Of a stretch of 64,000 nucleotides of DNA, positions 39,580 to 52,252 are shown piece after piece. The stretch lies in contig OZ243962.1 in assembly GCA_965214625.1 (NCBI GenBank), forward strand, positions 578,739 through 642,738. Direction: 5' to 3'. Every line of letters begins with the position of its first letter. Position 1 is the first letter of the stretch. The position numbers and the translations under genes are program-made. Source of the stretch: Candidatus Poriferihabitaceae bacterium. GTDB lineage: Bacteria > Pseudomonadota > Gammaproteobacteria > Arenicellales > Poriferihabitantaceae. The notes beneath the pieces are model-generated. The model saw nothing but the letters and a program-made list of their open reading frames with translations, was not told where the DNA came from and ran no database searches.

Positions 39580-40698
39580 TCATGTCACGAGATCATCAAA
39601 AAAGGATTTTATCTTGTCCGTCCACCGCTCGCTGCGCGGTGAATGACGATGGCCACCGGCGACCAGACTGTCTTCGAGTTGCCGCAACAGTTCCTTCTGC
39701 TGTCGGGTCAGGTTGATCGGTGTTTCAACGACCACTTTACAATACAGGTCTCCCTGATTCCCGTTGCGTACATTACGCACGCCCTTACCACGCAACCTGA
39801 GGGTCTTTTCCGACTGACTTTCCGGAGGGATCTTCAGATTTGCCCGTCCGGACAGGGTCGGCACTTCAATCTCGCCGCCCAGTGCCATCTTGGTCAGACT
39901 CACCGGCACCTCGCAATACAGGTTATCACCATCCCGTTCAAATATCGGATGCTGTTTGACGATGACCTGCACATAAAGATCACCCGGTGTGGTCCCCGCC
40001 CCACCGTTTTGACCTTCACCGGACAACCGGACTTGATCGCCCTGGTCCACTCCCGCCGGAATTTTGACGGACAGTGTTTTTTCTTCACGTACCGTTCCTT
40101 GTCCGCTGCACGATGAACAGGGGTCGGCAATGACCCGACCCTGTCCCTTACACTGGGGACAGGTCTGCTGGACCGAAAAGAAACCTTGCTGCATCCGGAT
40201 CTGCCCCTGTCCATGACAGGTTCCGCATGTTTGGGGGGTCGAACCCGGTCGCGACCCCGATCCCTTGCAGGTCGCACAGCTGACCAGCTTGGGGATGCGT
40301 ATTTTCTTTTCAGTCCCCTGGACGGCTTCCTCGAGCGTCAACTCAAGATTGTACTGCAAGTCCGAACCGCGGTTGCGACGCCGGCCTCCGCCACTCGCCC
40401 CGAAAATATCGCCGAAAATATCGCCGAAAATATCGCCAAATCCACTTCCTCCTCCACCCATACCACTGGACGGGTCGACGCCGGCATGGCCGAATTGATC
40501 ATAAGCCGCTCGCTTCTTGGTATCTCCCAAGACCGAATAGGCCTCCTTGGCCTCCTTGAATTTACGCTCCGCATCGGGGCTACCCTGATTGCGGTCCGGG
40601 TGATGTTTCATCGCCAACCGCCGATAAGCCTTTTTCAGCTCATCATCATTGGCACTTCGGTTGACCCCCAGAACTTCGTAGTAATCTCTCTTTGACAT
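39580..40698 (-). CDS. dnaJ: Chaperone DnaJ
   Basis: J domain HPD, G/F region with DIF repeats, four CxxCxGxG motifs; start at ATG 40698. Confidence 0.98.
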   Translation of the reverse strand: MSKRDYYEVLGVNRSANDDELKKAYRRLAMKHHPDRNQGSPDAERKFKEAKEAYSVLGDTKKRAAYDQFGHAGVDPSSGMGGGGSGFGDIFGDIFGDIFGASGGGRRRNRGSDLQYNLELTLEEAVQGTEKKIRIPKLVSCATCKGSGSRPGSTPQTCGTCHGQGQIRMQQGFFSVQQTCPQCKGQGRVIADPCSSCSGQGTVREEKTLSVKIPAGVDQGDQVRLSGEGQNGGAGTTPGDLYVQVIVKQHPIFERDGDNLYCEVPVSLTKMALGGEIEVPTLSGRANLKIPPESQSEKTLRLRGKGVRNVRNGNQGDLYCKVVVETPINLTRQQKELLRQLEDSLVAGGHRHSPRSERWTDKIKSFFDDLVT

Positions 40699-40711
40699 AG
40701 TCGGCTCACAC

Positions 40712-40737
40712 AAAAGAGCGGGATCATGATCCCGCTC
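40712..40737 (-). terminator. Palindromic hairpin plus U tail between dnaK and dnaJ
   Basis: Perfect 22-bp palindrome gagcgggatcatgatcccgctc followed by tttt on the minus strand. Confidence 0.6.
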
Positions 40738-40765
40738 CGATGTTACTTCTGGCAGTTACACGGGG

Positions 40766-42697
40766 TCAGGATTTCTTGTCATCTTCATTCACTTCTTCGA
40801 ATTCAGCATCGACCACATCATCGTCCGGGGAGTCGGCATTGGGCTGATTTCCGGCATCGCCTTGTGGCTGTTCTGCCTGGGTCTGAGCATAGATCTGCTC
40901 GGCAAGTTTATGGCTTGCCTGCGTCAATGCCTCTGTTTTCGCCTTGATGGCCTCAATGTCATCGCCTGTCAGAACCGCTTCCAGTTCACCAATCGCAGAC
41001 TCGATGCCGGTCTTTTCTCCCGGGTCAAGCTTGTCACCCAGCTCGGCCATGGATTTCTGCACACCATGAATGATCGTCTCACCCTGATTGCGCGCATCGA
41101 CCAACTCTCTCGCCCTGCGGTCTTCATCGGCATGCTCCTCCGCATCACGAACCATCTTTTCAATTTCGTCATCAGACAGACCGGAACTGGACTTGATCAC
41201 GATTTTGTTTTCCTTCCCCGTCGCCTTGTCTTTGGCCGATACATTGAGAATCCCATTGGCATCGATATCGAACGATACCTCAATTTGCGGGATCCCTCTG
41301 GGTGCAGGCGGAATCTGGGTCAGGTCAAATCGACCCAGCGACTTGTTACCACTGGCCATTTCACGTTCACCCTGAAGGACATGCACTGTGACCGCGCCTT
41401 GGTTGTCTTCCGCAGTAGAAAAAACCTGGCTGGTATTGGTCGGTATCGTGGTATTTTTGTCAACCAGCTTGGTCATCACCCCGCCCAGTGTCTCAATGCC
41501 AAGCGACAGCGGCGTGACATCCAACAGCAGAACATCCTTGACATCACCACCGAGCACACCGCCTTGAATCGCCGCCCCCATGGCCACCGCTTCGTCCGGA
41601 TTGACATCCCGCCTCGCCTCCTTGCCAAAGAAATTTTCCACCACCTCCTGCACCTTGGGCATGCGGGTCTGGCCACCAACCAAAATAACATCATTGATTT
41701 CCGAAGCGCTCAGTCCGGCATCTTTCAGTGCTATTTTGCACGGCTCCAGGGTGCGCTGCAGCAACCCCTCGACAAGCGATTCCAGCTTGGCTCTGGTCAA
41801 CTTCATGTTGAGGTGTTTGGGACCACTGGCATCCGCCGTGATGTAGGGCAGATTGACCTCGGTCTGCATGCTTGAGGATAATTCAATTTTCGCTTTCTCG
41901 GCCGCCTCCTTCAGTCGCTGCATCGCCAAGGGATCCCCCCGCAGGTTCATGCTCTGGTCCTTTTTGAATTCATCGGCAAGATAGTCGATCAAGCGTCGAT
42001 CAAAATCCTCTCCGCCGAGAAACGTATCCCCGTTGGTCGACAACACTTCAAACTGATGTTCCCCTTCAATTTCGGCAATCTCAATGACCGACACATCAAA
42101 CGTCCCTCCACCCAGATCATAAACCACGATCTTGCGGTCACCTTTGGCCTTGTCCATTCCATACGCCAAGGCAGCCGCCGTGGGTTCGTTGATAATCCGC
42201 TTGACTTCAAGACCCGCAATCTTACCCGCATCCTTGGTCGCCTGACGCTGCGAATCATTGAAGTAGGCCGGCACCGTAATGACCGCTTCGCTGACCGCTT
42301 CGCCGAGATAATCCTCGGCCGTGGTTTTCATCTTCTGCAAAATACGCGCCGAAATCTCGGGCGCGGCCATTTGCTTGCCGCCCGCCTCAACCCAGGCATC
42401 CCCATTCTTTGCCTTGACAATCTTATAGGGCATCAAGTCCACATCCTTTTGTACCACCTTCTCTTGAAACTGACGCCCGATCAGCCTCTTCACCGCAAAA
42501 ATCGTATTTTGCGGATTGGTGACCGATTGACGCTTTGCAGATTGCCCAACCAAGACCTCTTCATCCTTGGTGAACGCAACAATAGAGGGGGTCGTCCGAT
42601 CGCCCTCGCTGTTTTCAATGACTTTGGGGGCCGACCCCTCCATCACAGATACGCAGGAATTGGTCGTCCCTAGATCAATACCGATAATTTTTGACAT
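40766..42697 (-). CDS. dnaK: Chaperone DnaK
   Basis: [19 protein letters not shown] and DLGGGTFD motifs. Confidence 0.99.
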   Translation of the reverse strand: MSKIIGIDLGTTNSCVSVMEGSAPKVIENSEGDRTTPSIVAFTKDEEVLVGQSAKRQSVTNPQNTIFAVKRLIGRQFQEKVVQKDVDLMPYKIVKAKNGDAWVEAGGKQMAAPEISARILQKMKTTAEDYLGEAVSEAVITVPAYFNDSQRQATKDAGKIAGLEVKRIINEPTAAALAYGMDKAKGDRKIVVYDLGGGTFDVSVIEIAEIEGEHQFEVLSTNGDTFLGGEDFDRRLIDYLADEFKKDQSMNLRGDPLAMQRLKEAAEKAKIELSSSMQTEVNLPYITADASGPKHLNMKLTRAKLESLVEGLLQRTLEPCKIALKDAGLSASEINDVILVGGQTRMPKVQEVVENFFGKEARRDVNPDEAVAMGAAIQGGVLGGDVKDVLLLDVTPLSLGIETLGGVMTKLVDKNTTIPTNTSQVFSTAEDNQGAVTVHVLQGEREMASGNKSLGRFDLTQIPPAPRGIPQIEVSFDIDANGILNVSAKDKATGKENKIVIKSSSGLSDDEIEKMVRDAEEHADEDRRARELVDARNQGETIIHGVQKSMAELGDKLDPGEKTGIESAIGELEAVLTGDDIEAIKAKTEALTQASHKLAEQIYAQTQAEQPQGDAGNQPNADSPDDDVVDAEFEEVNEDDKKS

Positions 42698-42738
42698 TTT
42701 GTGATCCTCTGGTAAGGCTGAATACTAAACTGATTCTG

Positions 42739-42766
42739 ATATAAGGTTTAATGATTGAATAACAAG
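42739..42766 (-). promoter_or_regulatory. Candidate sigma32 (RpoH) promoter for dnaK
   Basis: Minus strand CTTGTT-N14-CCTTATAT versus consensus CTTGAA-N13-15-CCCCATNT. Confidence 0.5.
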
Positions 42767-42782
42767 GGTTTTTGGCGATCCG

Positions 42783-43478
42783 CTATTCTGGCTGTGCCAC
42801 AACCACCATTGCAGGGCGCAGCAGGCGGTCCTTCAGGACAAACCCCTTTTGCATCACATCGACAATATGATCCGGTTCAATTTCTCCGCCGGGAACGATA
42901 CTGATCGCCTGATGAAATTCGGGATTGAACTTGACGCCAGGTGCCGCATCCACTTCGGTGACTGAAAATTTACCGAACACCGTCTCCAGTTGCCTGAGCG
43001 TCAGTTCCAGACCCTCTTTCATCCGTGTGACGGCTTCACCCTGAGTCTGATCTAACTCGACTTTGGCTGCCTGGTCCAGACTGTCCTTGACGCTCAGCAA
43101 TTCCTGGGCAAATCCTTCAATGGCAAATTTCCGCGCCGAGACAATTTCATTTTGACTGCGACGGCGAATATTTTCCACATCGGCCTTGGCACGCAGAAAT
43201 CCACTCTTCATCTCCTCAATCTGCTCGTTCGCCTCGTTGAGTTGATCAAGCAATGTCTCCATCGAGTGATTTTCACTGTCCGGTTGCACTGCTTGCTGGG
43301 AATCCTCCGAATGCGCGTCTGCATCCGACAGCGCCTCTTCAGAAAGCTCCTGATGGCCATCCTCGTCCTGGCAGTCCTGATTGCGGTGAGATCGAGTATT
43401 ATCAACTGTCCCATTGATCTGCGTTTCTTCTGTTACCCCTGTTTGTTCGATCACCTCATGTTCTGCTTTGTTCATCAT
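42783..43478 (-). CDS. grpE: Nucleotide exchange factor GrpE
   Basis: LRAKADVENIRRR, FNPEFHQA and QKGFVLKDRLLRPAMVVV motifs. Confidence 0.96.
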   Translation of the reverse strand: MMNKAEHEVIEQTGVTEETQINGTVDNTRSHRNQDCQDEDGHQELSEEALSDADAHSEDSQQAVQPDSENHSMETLLDQLNEANEQIEEMKSGFLRAKADVENIRRRSQNEIVSARKFAIEGFAQELLSVKDSLDQAAKVELDQTQGEAVTRMKEGLELTLRQLETVFGKFSVTEVDAAPGVKFNPEFHQAISIVPGGEIEPDHIVDVMQKGFVLKDRLLRPAMVVVAQPE

Positions 43479-43516
43479 CTAATAGCGTTGTTGGGAGTTT
43501 GCACAAGTTGGCGGCA

Positions 43517-43545
43517 ATATGGGGACGGTTGGGCTCAAGCTCAAG
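43517..43545 (-). promoter_or_regulatory. Candidate sigma32 (RpoH) promoter for grpE
   Basis: Minus strand CTTGAG-N15-CCCCATAT. Confidence 0.65.
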
Positions 43546-43588
43546 AGCCTGTCTCCAAAAAACAGTGATTGTGATGTTACTGGATACT

Positions 43589-43921
43589 TCAGATCGAGAA
43601 AGATGAGCCGCAACCACAGGTGGTGCTCGCATTCGGATTATTCACCAGAAACCGACTGCCCATAATATCATCCTTATAATCAATCTCAGCGCCGGAGAGA
43701 TATTGCAGACTGAGCATATCGACCACAATCTTGATTCCCTGGTATTTGATCGCGATATCATCATCCTGCTGCTGAGCATCAAACTGAAAACCATACTGAA
43801 AACCGGAACAGCCCCCGCCCTGAATATAAACTCTTAGCATCAGATTGGGATTGTCTTTGGTCGACAGCAATTGGTTGACTCTCGTCACTGCGTTATCGGA
43901 AATGGTTAAATCAGTCTGCAT
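43589..43921 (-). CDS. erpA: Iron-sulfur cluster insertion protein ErpA
   Basis: LRVYIQGGGCSGFQYGF and NPNASTTCGCGSSF motifs. Confidence 0.95.
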   Translation of the reverse strand: MQTDLTISDNAVTRVNQLLSTKDNPNLMLRVYIQGGGCSGFQYGFQFDAQQQDDDIAIKYQGIKIVVDMLSLQYLSGAEIDYKDDIMGSRFLVNNPNASTTCGCGSSFSI

Positions 43922-44199
43922 GGGCCAGAATCAATGGATAAAGCGCACATTATAAAACAAATATGCGGTCTTCGTTGATCGTTTTAAAGTCGTGATGTCG
44001 ATCTCCTTTGCTGCTTGGATTCTCGTGTACTCATTGACCGGGTGGCTCGGCTTCAACGGCACGGTCTGCGGTCAGCACCCGGGTCATGACGGTGACATGG
44101 CCAAAGCACAGTTTCCATTCGCTTTCAGCAAATCACCCCGTGTTTTGTTCGAGATAAATTTGTCATAATAGACTTTTCCCAATCGAACTTTACCCTTTC

Positions 44200-45810
44200 A
44201 TGGCCGATTCCGAACAGCATTACGATTATATCGTCATCGGTGCCGGTTCCGCAGGGGCCGTCATCGCCAACCGATTGAGTGAGTCCCCGGGGAAACGGGT
44301 CTTGCTGCTGGAAGCCGGAAAACGGGATTCCAATCCCTGGATCCACATCCCGGTCGGTTACTTCAAAACCATGCACAATCCGGCGTTCGACTGGTGCTAC
44401 GTCACCGCCCCGGATCCGGGACTCAATGGCAGACAACTCAAGTGGCCCCGGGGGAAGGTGCTGGGTGGGTCCAGTTCTTTGAACGGGTTGTTGTATGTCC
44501 GGGGGCAGCCGGAGGATTATAATGACTGGGTTGCTGCGGGCAATCCGGGATGGAGCTACGCTGAAGTCCTGCCCTATTTCAAGAAATCAGAGCATCAGGA
44601 ACGGGGGGCTGATGCCTATCATGGGACCGGCGGACCGATCCTGGTCTCGGATATAAGAATCAGGAGAAAGATAACGGATGCATTTATTCAGGCCGCCAGA
44701 CAGGCCGGTATTCCTGAAAACAACGACATCAACGGTGCCACCCAGGAAGGGGTTGGGTATTTCCAGCTGACCAGTGGCAAAGGACGACGGTGCAGCACCG
44801 CTGTCGGCTATCTCAAACCGGCAATCGGCCGTTCCAACCTGATCGTCAAAACACACTGTCATGTCACCCGCCTGATGCTGAAAGAACGATCCGTGGAAGG
44901 TGTGGAATTTCTGCAGGACAATCAACGCTGTTATGCCAAGGCAAGCATAGAGACCATTTTGTGTGCCGGTGCCATCGGTTCGCCGCAGATTTTGCAACTG
45001 TCGGGGATCGGTGATCCACAGGACCTTCAACCACTTGACATTCAGGCCGAGGTAGCCTTGCCGGGAGTCGGAAGGAATCTGCAGGACCATCTTCAGATCC
45101 GGGCCGTCTATAAATGTCGACAACCTACCTTGAATGATGAAATCAGTAATCCCCTGCGCCAGATGATGATGGGTATCGAATACCTGCTTTTCCGGTCTGG
45201 ACCGATGACCATGGCCGCCAGCCAGGTCGCGATCTTCACCCGGTCGAACGACCGTGTGGCTCGACCGGATATCCAGTTCCACTTCCAGCCGTTGAGTTCG
45301 GATGATCCGGGTGAAGGCACACATCGATTCTCTGCCTTTACCTCATCGGTCTGTCAATTGCGACCCTCCAGTCGCGGGTCCGTCCGCATTGTCTCGAACA
45401 ATCCACTTGATCATCCCAATATTGAGCCCAACTACCTTTCCACGGATGAGGACTGCCGGGTCGCGATAGACGGAATGAAGGTTTCGAGAAACATTGCCCG
45501 GATGCCGGCACTGGCCCCCTTTATCACGGAGGAATATGACCCTGGCAGTGCGATTCAAACCGACGCACAGCTGCTTGAGCACGCCCGTAATACCGCCACG
45601 ACCATTTATCACCCTGTCGGCACCTGCAAAATGGGGCCGGCGAGGGACAAAGACGCCGTTGTCGATCACGAACTTCATGTACATGGGGTGCAGAAATTGC
45701 GTATCGCCGATGCGTCAATCATGCCGCGTATCGTCTCGGGAAATACCAATGCCCCGACCATCATGATTGGCGAGAAATGTGCGGAACTGATCTTGAAAGA
45801 CACGCACTGA
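44200..45810 (+). CDS. GMC family oxidoreductase (choline dehydrogenase-like)
   Basis: GAGSAG FAD motif, PRGKVLGGSSS.NG, NLQDH, YHPVGTC and GNTNAPTIMI motifs. Confidence 0.9.
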   Translation: MADSEQHYDYIVIGAGSAGAVIANRLSESPGKRVLLLEAGKRDSNPWIHIPVGYFKTMHNPAFDWCYVTAPDPGLNGRQLKWPRGKVLGGSSSLNGLLYVRGQPEDYNDWVAAGNPGWSYAEVLPYFKKSEHQERGADAYHGTGGPILVSDIRIRRKITDAFIQAARQAGIPENNDINGATQEGVGYFQLTSGKGRRCSTAVGYLKPAIGRSNLIVKTHCHVTRLMLKERSVEGVEFLQDNQRCYAKASIETILCAGAIGSPQILQLSGIGDPQDLQPLDIQAEVALPGVGRNLQDHLQIRAVYKCRQPTLNDEISNPLRQMMMGIEYLLFRSGPMTMAASQVAIFTRSNDRVARPDIQFHFQPLSSDDPGEGTHRFSAFTSSVCQLRPSSRGSVRIVSNNPLDHPNIEPNYLSTDEDCRVAIDGMKVSRNIARMPALAPFITEEYDPGSAIQTDAQLLEHARNTATTIYHPVGTCKMGPARDKDAVVDHELHVHGVQKLRIADASIMPRIVSGNTNAPTIMIGEKCAELILKDTH

Positions 45811-45974
45811 GGGTCGGACCGACATGATACCTGTTTGCCGATCTCGTCATGGCCCGGCCCGGTTTCGGAGGATGAAAACCACTGCCACGCGGCATCAAAC
45901 TGCCTGACCCGTCGGATGGCCCGCTCCCGTCTGCCTCTGAATTTCAATCTGTAACACTGACCCGTCAACCTGTC

Positions 45975-47216
45975 ATGTCCCTTGATATCGATTTTGTGAG
46001 AAGCCAGTTCGCTCAACTTAAAGATGATCCGCAATTCGTTTTCTGTTCCAATGCAGGCGGCAGCTATGTCGCCGATCAGGTCCATGCGGTGATGGAACAC
46101 TATAACCGGCATACCCGGGTGCAGCCCTATGCGCAATACAAGCCATCCCATCAGGCCGGTCAGGCAATGGATCGGGCAATACAGGGCTGGAGTGCCGCAC
46201 TGAACATTGAGGAATCGGAATTGACCATCGGACCCTCCACTTCGATGAATACCTACGTCATGGCCCAGGCGATTGGCGCCACGCTCAAGGCAGGGGATGA
46301 GATTATTGTGACCAATCAGGATCATGAAGCGAACAGCGGGGTGTGGCGAAGGAAAGCCGCCGAAAAAGGGGTGCGGATCCGACAATGGTCGGTTGACGGG
46401 GCAAGTGGGCTGCTTGATCCGGAAACATTGTATCCGCTGCTCACAGAGCGCACTGCCTGGGTTTTCTTCCCCCATTGCTCCAATATTATCGGCACCAACA
46501 ATCCCGTCGAGACCATCACGGCCGGGATCAAACAACGGTCCAATGCCCGGGTTTTCATTGATGCAGTCGCCTATGCCCCCCATCACATCAGCGATCTCAA
46601 GGCGTTAGACATCGATGCCTATGCGTTCAGCCTGTACAAGGTATTCGGTCCGCATCAGGGAATCATGTATGTCAATCGGGACCTCCATCACATCCTGGTG
46701 CCACAATGCCATTATTTCAACACGGATGATCGCGGTAAACTGTTCAATCCGGCGGGCCCCCAGCATGCACAGGTTGCCAGCTGCGGTGGCGTACTGGATT
46801 ATTTTGATGCGGTCTATGATCATCATTTCAAACGACAACCCGCCAGCCTCAACGAGAAACTGCAACACATTCACCAGCTGACTGTCGAGCACGAAAACAA
46901 CCTTGCGACCCCGATACTCGATTATCTGTCGAACCGGTCCGATATCCGATTGCTTGGCAAGCACACCTGTGCCGACAATGATCGTGCCCCCACGATTGCA
47001 TTCGTACCGCTGAAACACAGCGCAGGGCAGATTACAGCCACGATGCAGGCGCAGCAGATCGGCACCGAAAACGGCCACTTTTATGCGCATCGACTGCTGT
47101 CAGATCTGGGGATTGAGACACAAGATGGTGTGGTTCGACTCTCCCTCGTCCATTACAGCGATACCCGTGAAGTCGAGAAAATTCTGCTGGCACTGGATCA
47201 GGCATTGTCGAGTTGA
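45975..47216 (+). CDS. Class V PLP-dependent enzyme, cysteine desulfurase-like (VC1184/Rv3778c-like, no catalytic Cys)
   Basis: NAGGS, DHEAN, DAVAYAPH and FSLYKVFGPH (PLP Lys) motifs; GHFYA at the position where desulfurases have GxxCA. Confidence 0.75.
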   Translation: MSLDIDFVRSQFAQLKDDPQFVFCSNAGGSYVADQVHAVMEHYNRHTRVQPYAQYKPSHQAGQAMDRAIQGWSAALNIEESELTIGPSTSMNTYVMAQAIGATLKAGDEIIVTNQDHEANSGVWRRKAAEKGVRIRQWSVDGASGLLDPETLYPLLTERTAWVFFPHCSNIIGTNNPVETITAGIKQRSNARVFIDAVAYAPHHISDLKALDIDAYAFSLYKVFGPHQGIMYVNRDLHHILVPQCHYFNTDDRGKLFNPAGPQHAQVASCGGVLDYFDAVYDHHFKRQPASLNEKLQHIHQLTVEHENNLATPILDYLSNRSDIRLLGKHTCADNDRAPTIAFVPLKHSAGQITATMQAQQIGTENGHFYAHRLLSDLGIETQDGVVRLSLVHYSDTREVEKILLALDQALSS

Positions 47217-47297
47217 ATGGCAAACACCCCATGAGAGAAAACAAAGGCAGACGATACCCATGACGGACAAATTGGCGGTGGTGACCTAAATTAAGCC

Positions 47298-47414
47298 GTG
47301 CAATCACTTAAAGACCGGGACCGGTCTTTAAAGGCATACCGCGTAACAGGACCTGCCGTTTCCAGAATCGGCCGTTATAACCCACAAAGCCAATACGATT
47401 CGAAGTGATTGCAC
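47298..47414. repeat. 117-bp element with perfect 12-bp terminal inverted repeats and an internal 11-bp-arm palindrome (MITE-like or structured RNA)
   Basis: gtgcaatcactt (47298-47309) and aagtgattgcac (47403-47414); ttaaagaccgg-ga-ccggtctttaa (47308-47331). Confidence 0.55.
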
Positions 47415-47654
47415 ACTCCGTAATATTCTGTCAGAATGAGTCATACATAACAAAGATGTTCAAGCTACCAGCAACTTTCCTGACAATATCAAAATAGACA
47501 CTCGGGTGGTCGTCTATCGGGCAACCTGTCCCTTGGGCTGTTTGGGGATCGCGAATGAGCGGCATCAGAACGGCAGATAGGTGATCATCGGTAGCAGACT
47601 GTGTTATGAGGTCATGAAATTTCCAACAACCACACTAAACTTAGGAGTGAAGTG

Positions 47655-48755
47655 ATGTATAAACCCTTAAAACTGATTTCTGGTGGACTGGTCGGGCTAG
47701 CGATGCTAGGCAGCGGTCTGGTCAACGCAGAAACAATCAAGATTCGAGTCCAATCTGTGCTGCCGACCAAGGCAGATGAAATTGTCATGGTGAAGGATTT
47801 TGCCAACAATGTGGCAACATTGACCAATGGAGAGGTCCAGATAGAGGTTCTGCCTGATGGTGCCATCGTCAGCGGTCGGGATATTCTCAATGCAGTGGAC
47901 AAGGGACTGGTCGAAGCCGGCTTTGCCTGGACACATTACTGGTCGGGTCAACACCCGGCGGCCATGCTGTTCGGATCTCCGGTTGCCGGTGCCGGTGTGG
48001 GGATCGACAATATCGCTTTTATCTCATGGTTCATGAATGGCGGTGGTCGCGAACTGTATAACCAGTTATGGGATGAGATGGGGCTGAATATTCATGGGTT
48101 GATGCTGCAACCGGTCGGCCCGGAGGCATTGGGATGGTTCAAGGAACCGATCAACAGCATGGACGACTTCAGAAAATACCGTTTCAGAACCCCGCCTGGG
48201 ATTCCCGGCCAAACGTACAAGGATATTGGGGTCGCCTCGGTCGCCATGGGCGGGGGTGATATCCTGCCCGCGCTGGAAAAGGGAACGATTGATGCCGCTG
48301 AGTGGTGCTGCCCGAAGCCTGACAGTGTATTCGGTTTCCAGAAAGTGCTGAAACACTACTATCTGCAGGGCTTGCATCAGGTCGTGGTCAACGCCGACAT
48401 GTACATCAACGGCGATGTCTGGGACAGTCTGACACCGGCACAGCAAAATGCGATGAACATTGCGGCGGATGCATCACTGATCCGTTCGCTCAGCTATCGA
48501 ATTTACGAAAATGGTAAAGCGCTCAAAGATCTGACCGAAAATCATGGCGTGATCCTGCACGATACACCAGCCGATTATTTCCCGGCCTACATGAATGCAG
48601 CCAAGGCCAGTCTTGAGAAAAATGCCGCTGAGAACGCTTTTTTCAAAACCGTCTGGGATTCCCAGAAAGCGTTTGCGGAAATCGCTGTACCGTTCTGGGC
48701 AGGTGCCCAAACGTCCAATGCGGCGCTGGGTCAGGCGTTCGCCAAAGGCCAATAA
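47655..48755 (+). CDS. hpsK: TRAP transporter substrate-binding protein (DctP family), probable DHPS-binding HpsK
   Basis: Signal peptide; FRTPPG, LEKGTIDAAEW and YYLQGLHQ motifs. The hpsK name rests on synteny with hpsNOP. Confidence 0.75.
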   Translation: MYKPLKLISGGLVGLAMLGSGLVNAETIKIRVQSVLPTKADEIVMVKDFANNVATLTNGEVQIEVLPDGAIVSGRDILNAVDKGLVEAGFAWTHYWSGQHPAAMLFGSPVAGAGVGIDNIAFISWFMNGGGRELYNQLWDEMGLNIHGLMLQPVGPEALGWFKEPINSMDDFRKYRFRTPPGIPGQTYKDIGVASVAMGGGDILPALEKGTIDAAEWCCPKPDSVFGFQKVLKHYYLQGLHQVVVNADMYINGDVWDSLTPAQQNAMNIAADASLIRSLSYRIYENGKALKDLTENHGVILHDTPADYFPAYMNAAKASLEKNAAENAFFKTVWDSQKAFAEIAVPFWAGAQTSNAALGQAFAKGQ

Positions 48756-48790
48756 CGGCAGTCTATCGTAATTCTTCATTAATTTGATGT

Positions 48791-48816
48791 TCTGGCGGAC
48801 TCTCGGGTCCGCCAGA
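48791..48816. repeat. 10-bp stem-loop after the TRAP SBP gene
   Basis: tctggcggac-tctcgg-gtccgccaga. Confidence 0.7.
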
Positions 48817-48940
48817 TGACTGCATGATATCTCTATCGAACCGGGACGGTTCGTTTTTCCCCTGTCATTTTGAAAACCCATCCTGTTAAATGGTTCCCCT
48901 TCTGTTAAGATAGCCGGATTGTTCCCTTCAGACTACTTTC

Positions 48941-49554
48941 ATGGCTGACGACATCGATCCCAATGAATTGGAAATCACGGATGAACTGATTGCCGAGCGC
49001 CGTTCTGCGGACCCGGATAAATTGCCCGAGGACATGCCGCCTTGGATGGCGAATCCAATTCGCTGGATTGACACCATGAGCCTGTGGATCGGCAAGATTG
49101 TCTGCTGGCTGTTGCTGCCGATGTGTCTTGCCATGGTCTATGAAGTGATCGCCCGGAAATTTTTTGTCGCCCCGACCATGTGGGCCTATGACATCAGTCG
49201 TATGTTCTATGGTGCGCTGTTCATGCTGGGTGCAGGCTATGCCCTGTCCAAGGGCGTGCATATCCGCGCTGATTTCATTTACCGAAACTGGTCACCCCGC
49301 ACACAAGGAATAGTCGATGCCACCTTGTATCTGCTGTTTTATTTCCCGGGACTGATCGTGTTCATGTGGATGTCGATTGATTACGCCGCCACCTCAATCG
49401 TGCGCGGTGAAAGAGGTATGGACACCGCCTGGATGCCTTATATGGGACCGATCAAAAGTGCGCTGCCCATCGGTATCCTGTTCCTGTTGATCCAGGGCGT
49501 TTCTGAATTCCTGAAAAGTCTCTATGCAGCAACCCGTGGGAGGTGGCCAGTCTG

Positions 49555-49555
<1 letters not shown>
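48941..49555 (+). CDS. hpsL: TRAP small permease (DctQ), probable HpsL
   Basis: 4 TM helices; YEVIAR.FF.APT.WAYD and GVHIRAD motifs. Confidence 0.75.
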
Positions 49556-52228
<2,673 letters not shown>

Positions 52229-52252
52229 TCCATCCCGTCATACCGTATCAGT

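Noticed and set aside
40400-40435. Three perfect 12-bp tandem repeats (ccgaaaatatcg)
   Set aside because: They encode the normal DIF motifs ([12 protein letters not shown]) of the DnaJ G/F region. It is not a CRISPR or contingency locus.
40862-42673. Long ORFs (337 and 205 aa) antisense to dnaK
   Set aside because: This is a well-known shadow frame opposite hsp70 genes caused by codon bias. There is no independent RBS or motif evidence.
44200-45810. Assigning the symbol betA
   Set aside because: No betB, betI or betT is nearby, and GMC family motifs alone do not define the substrate.
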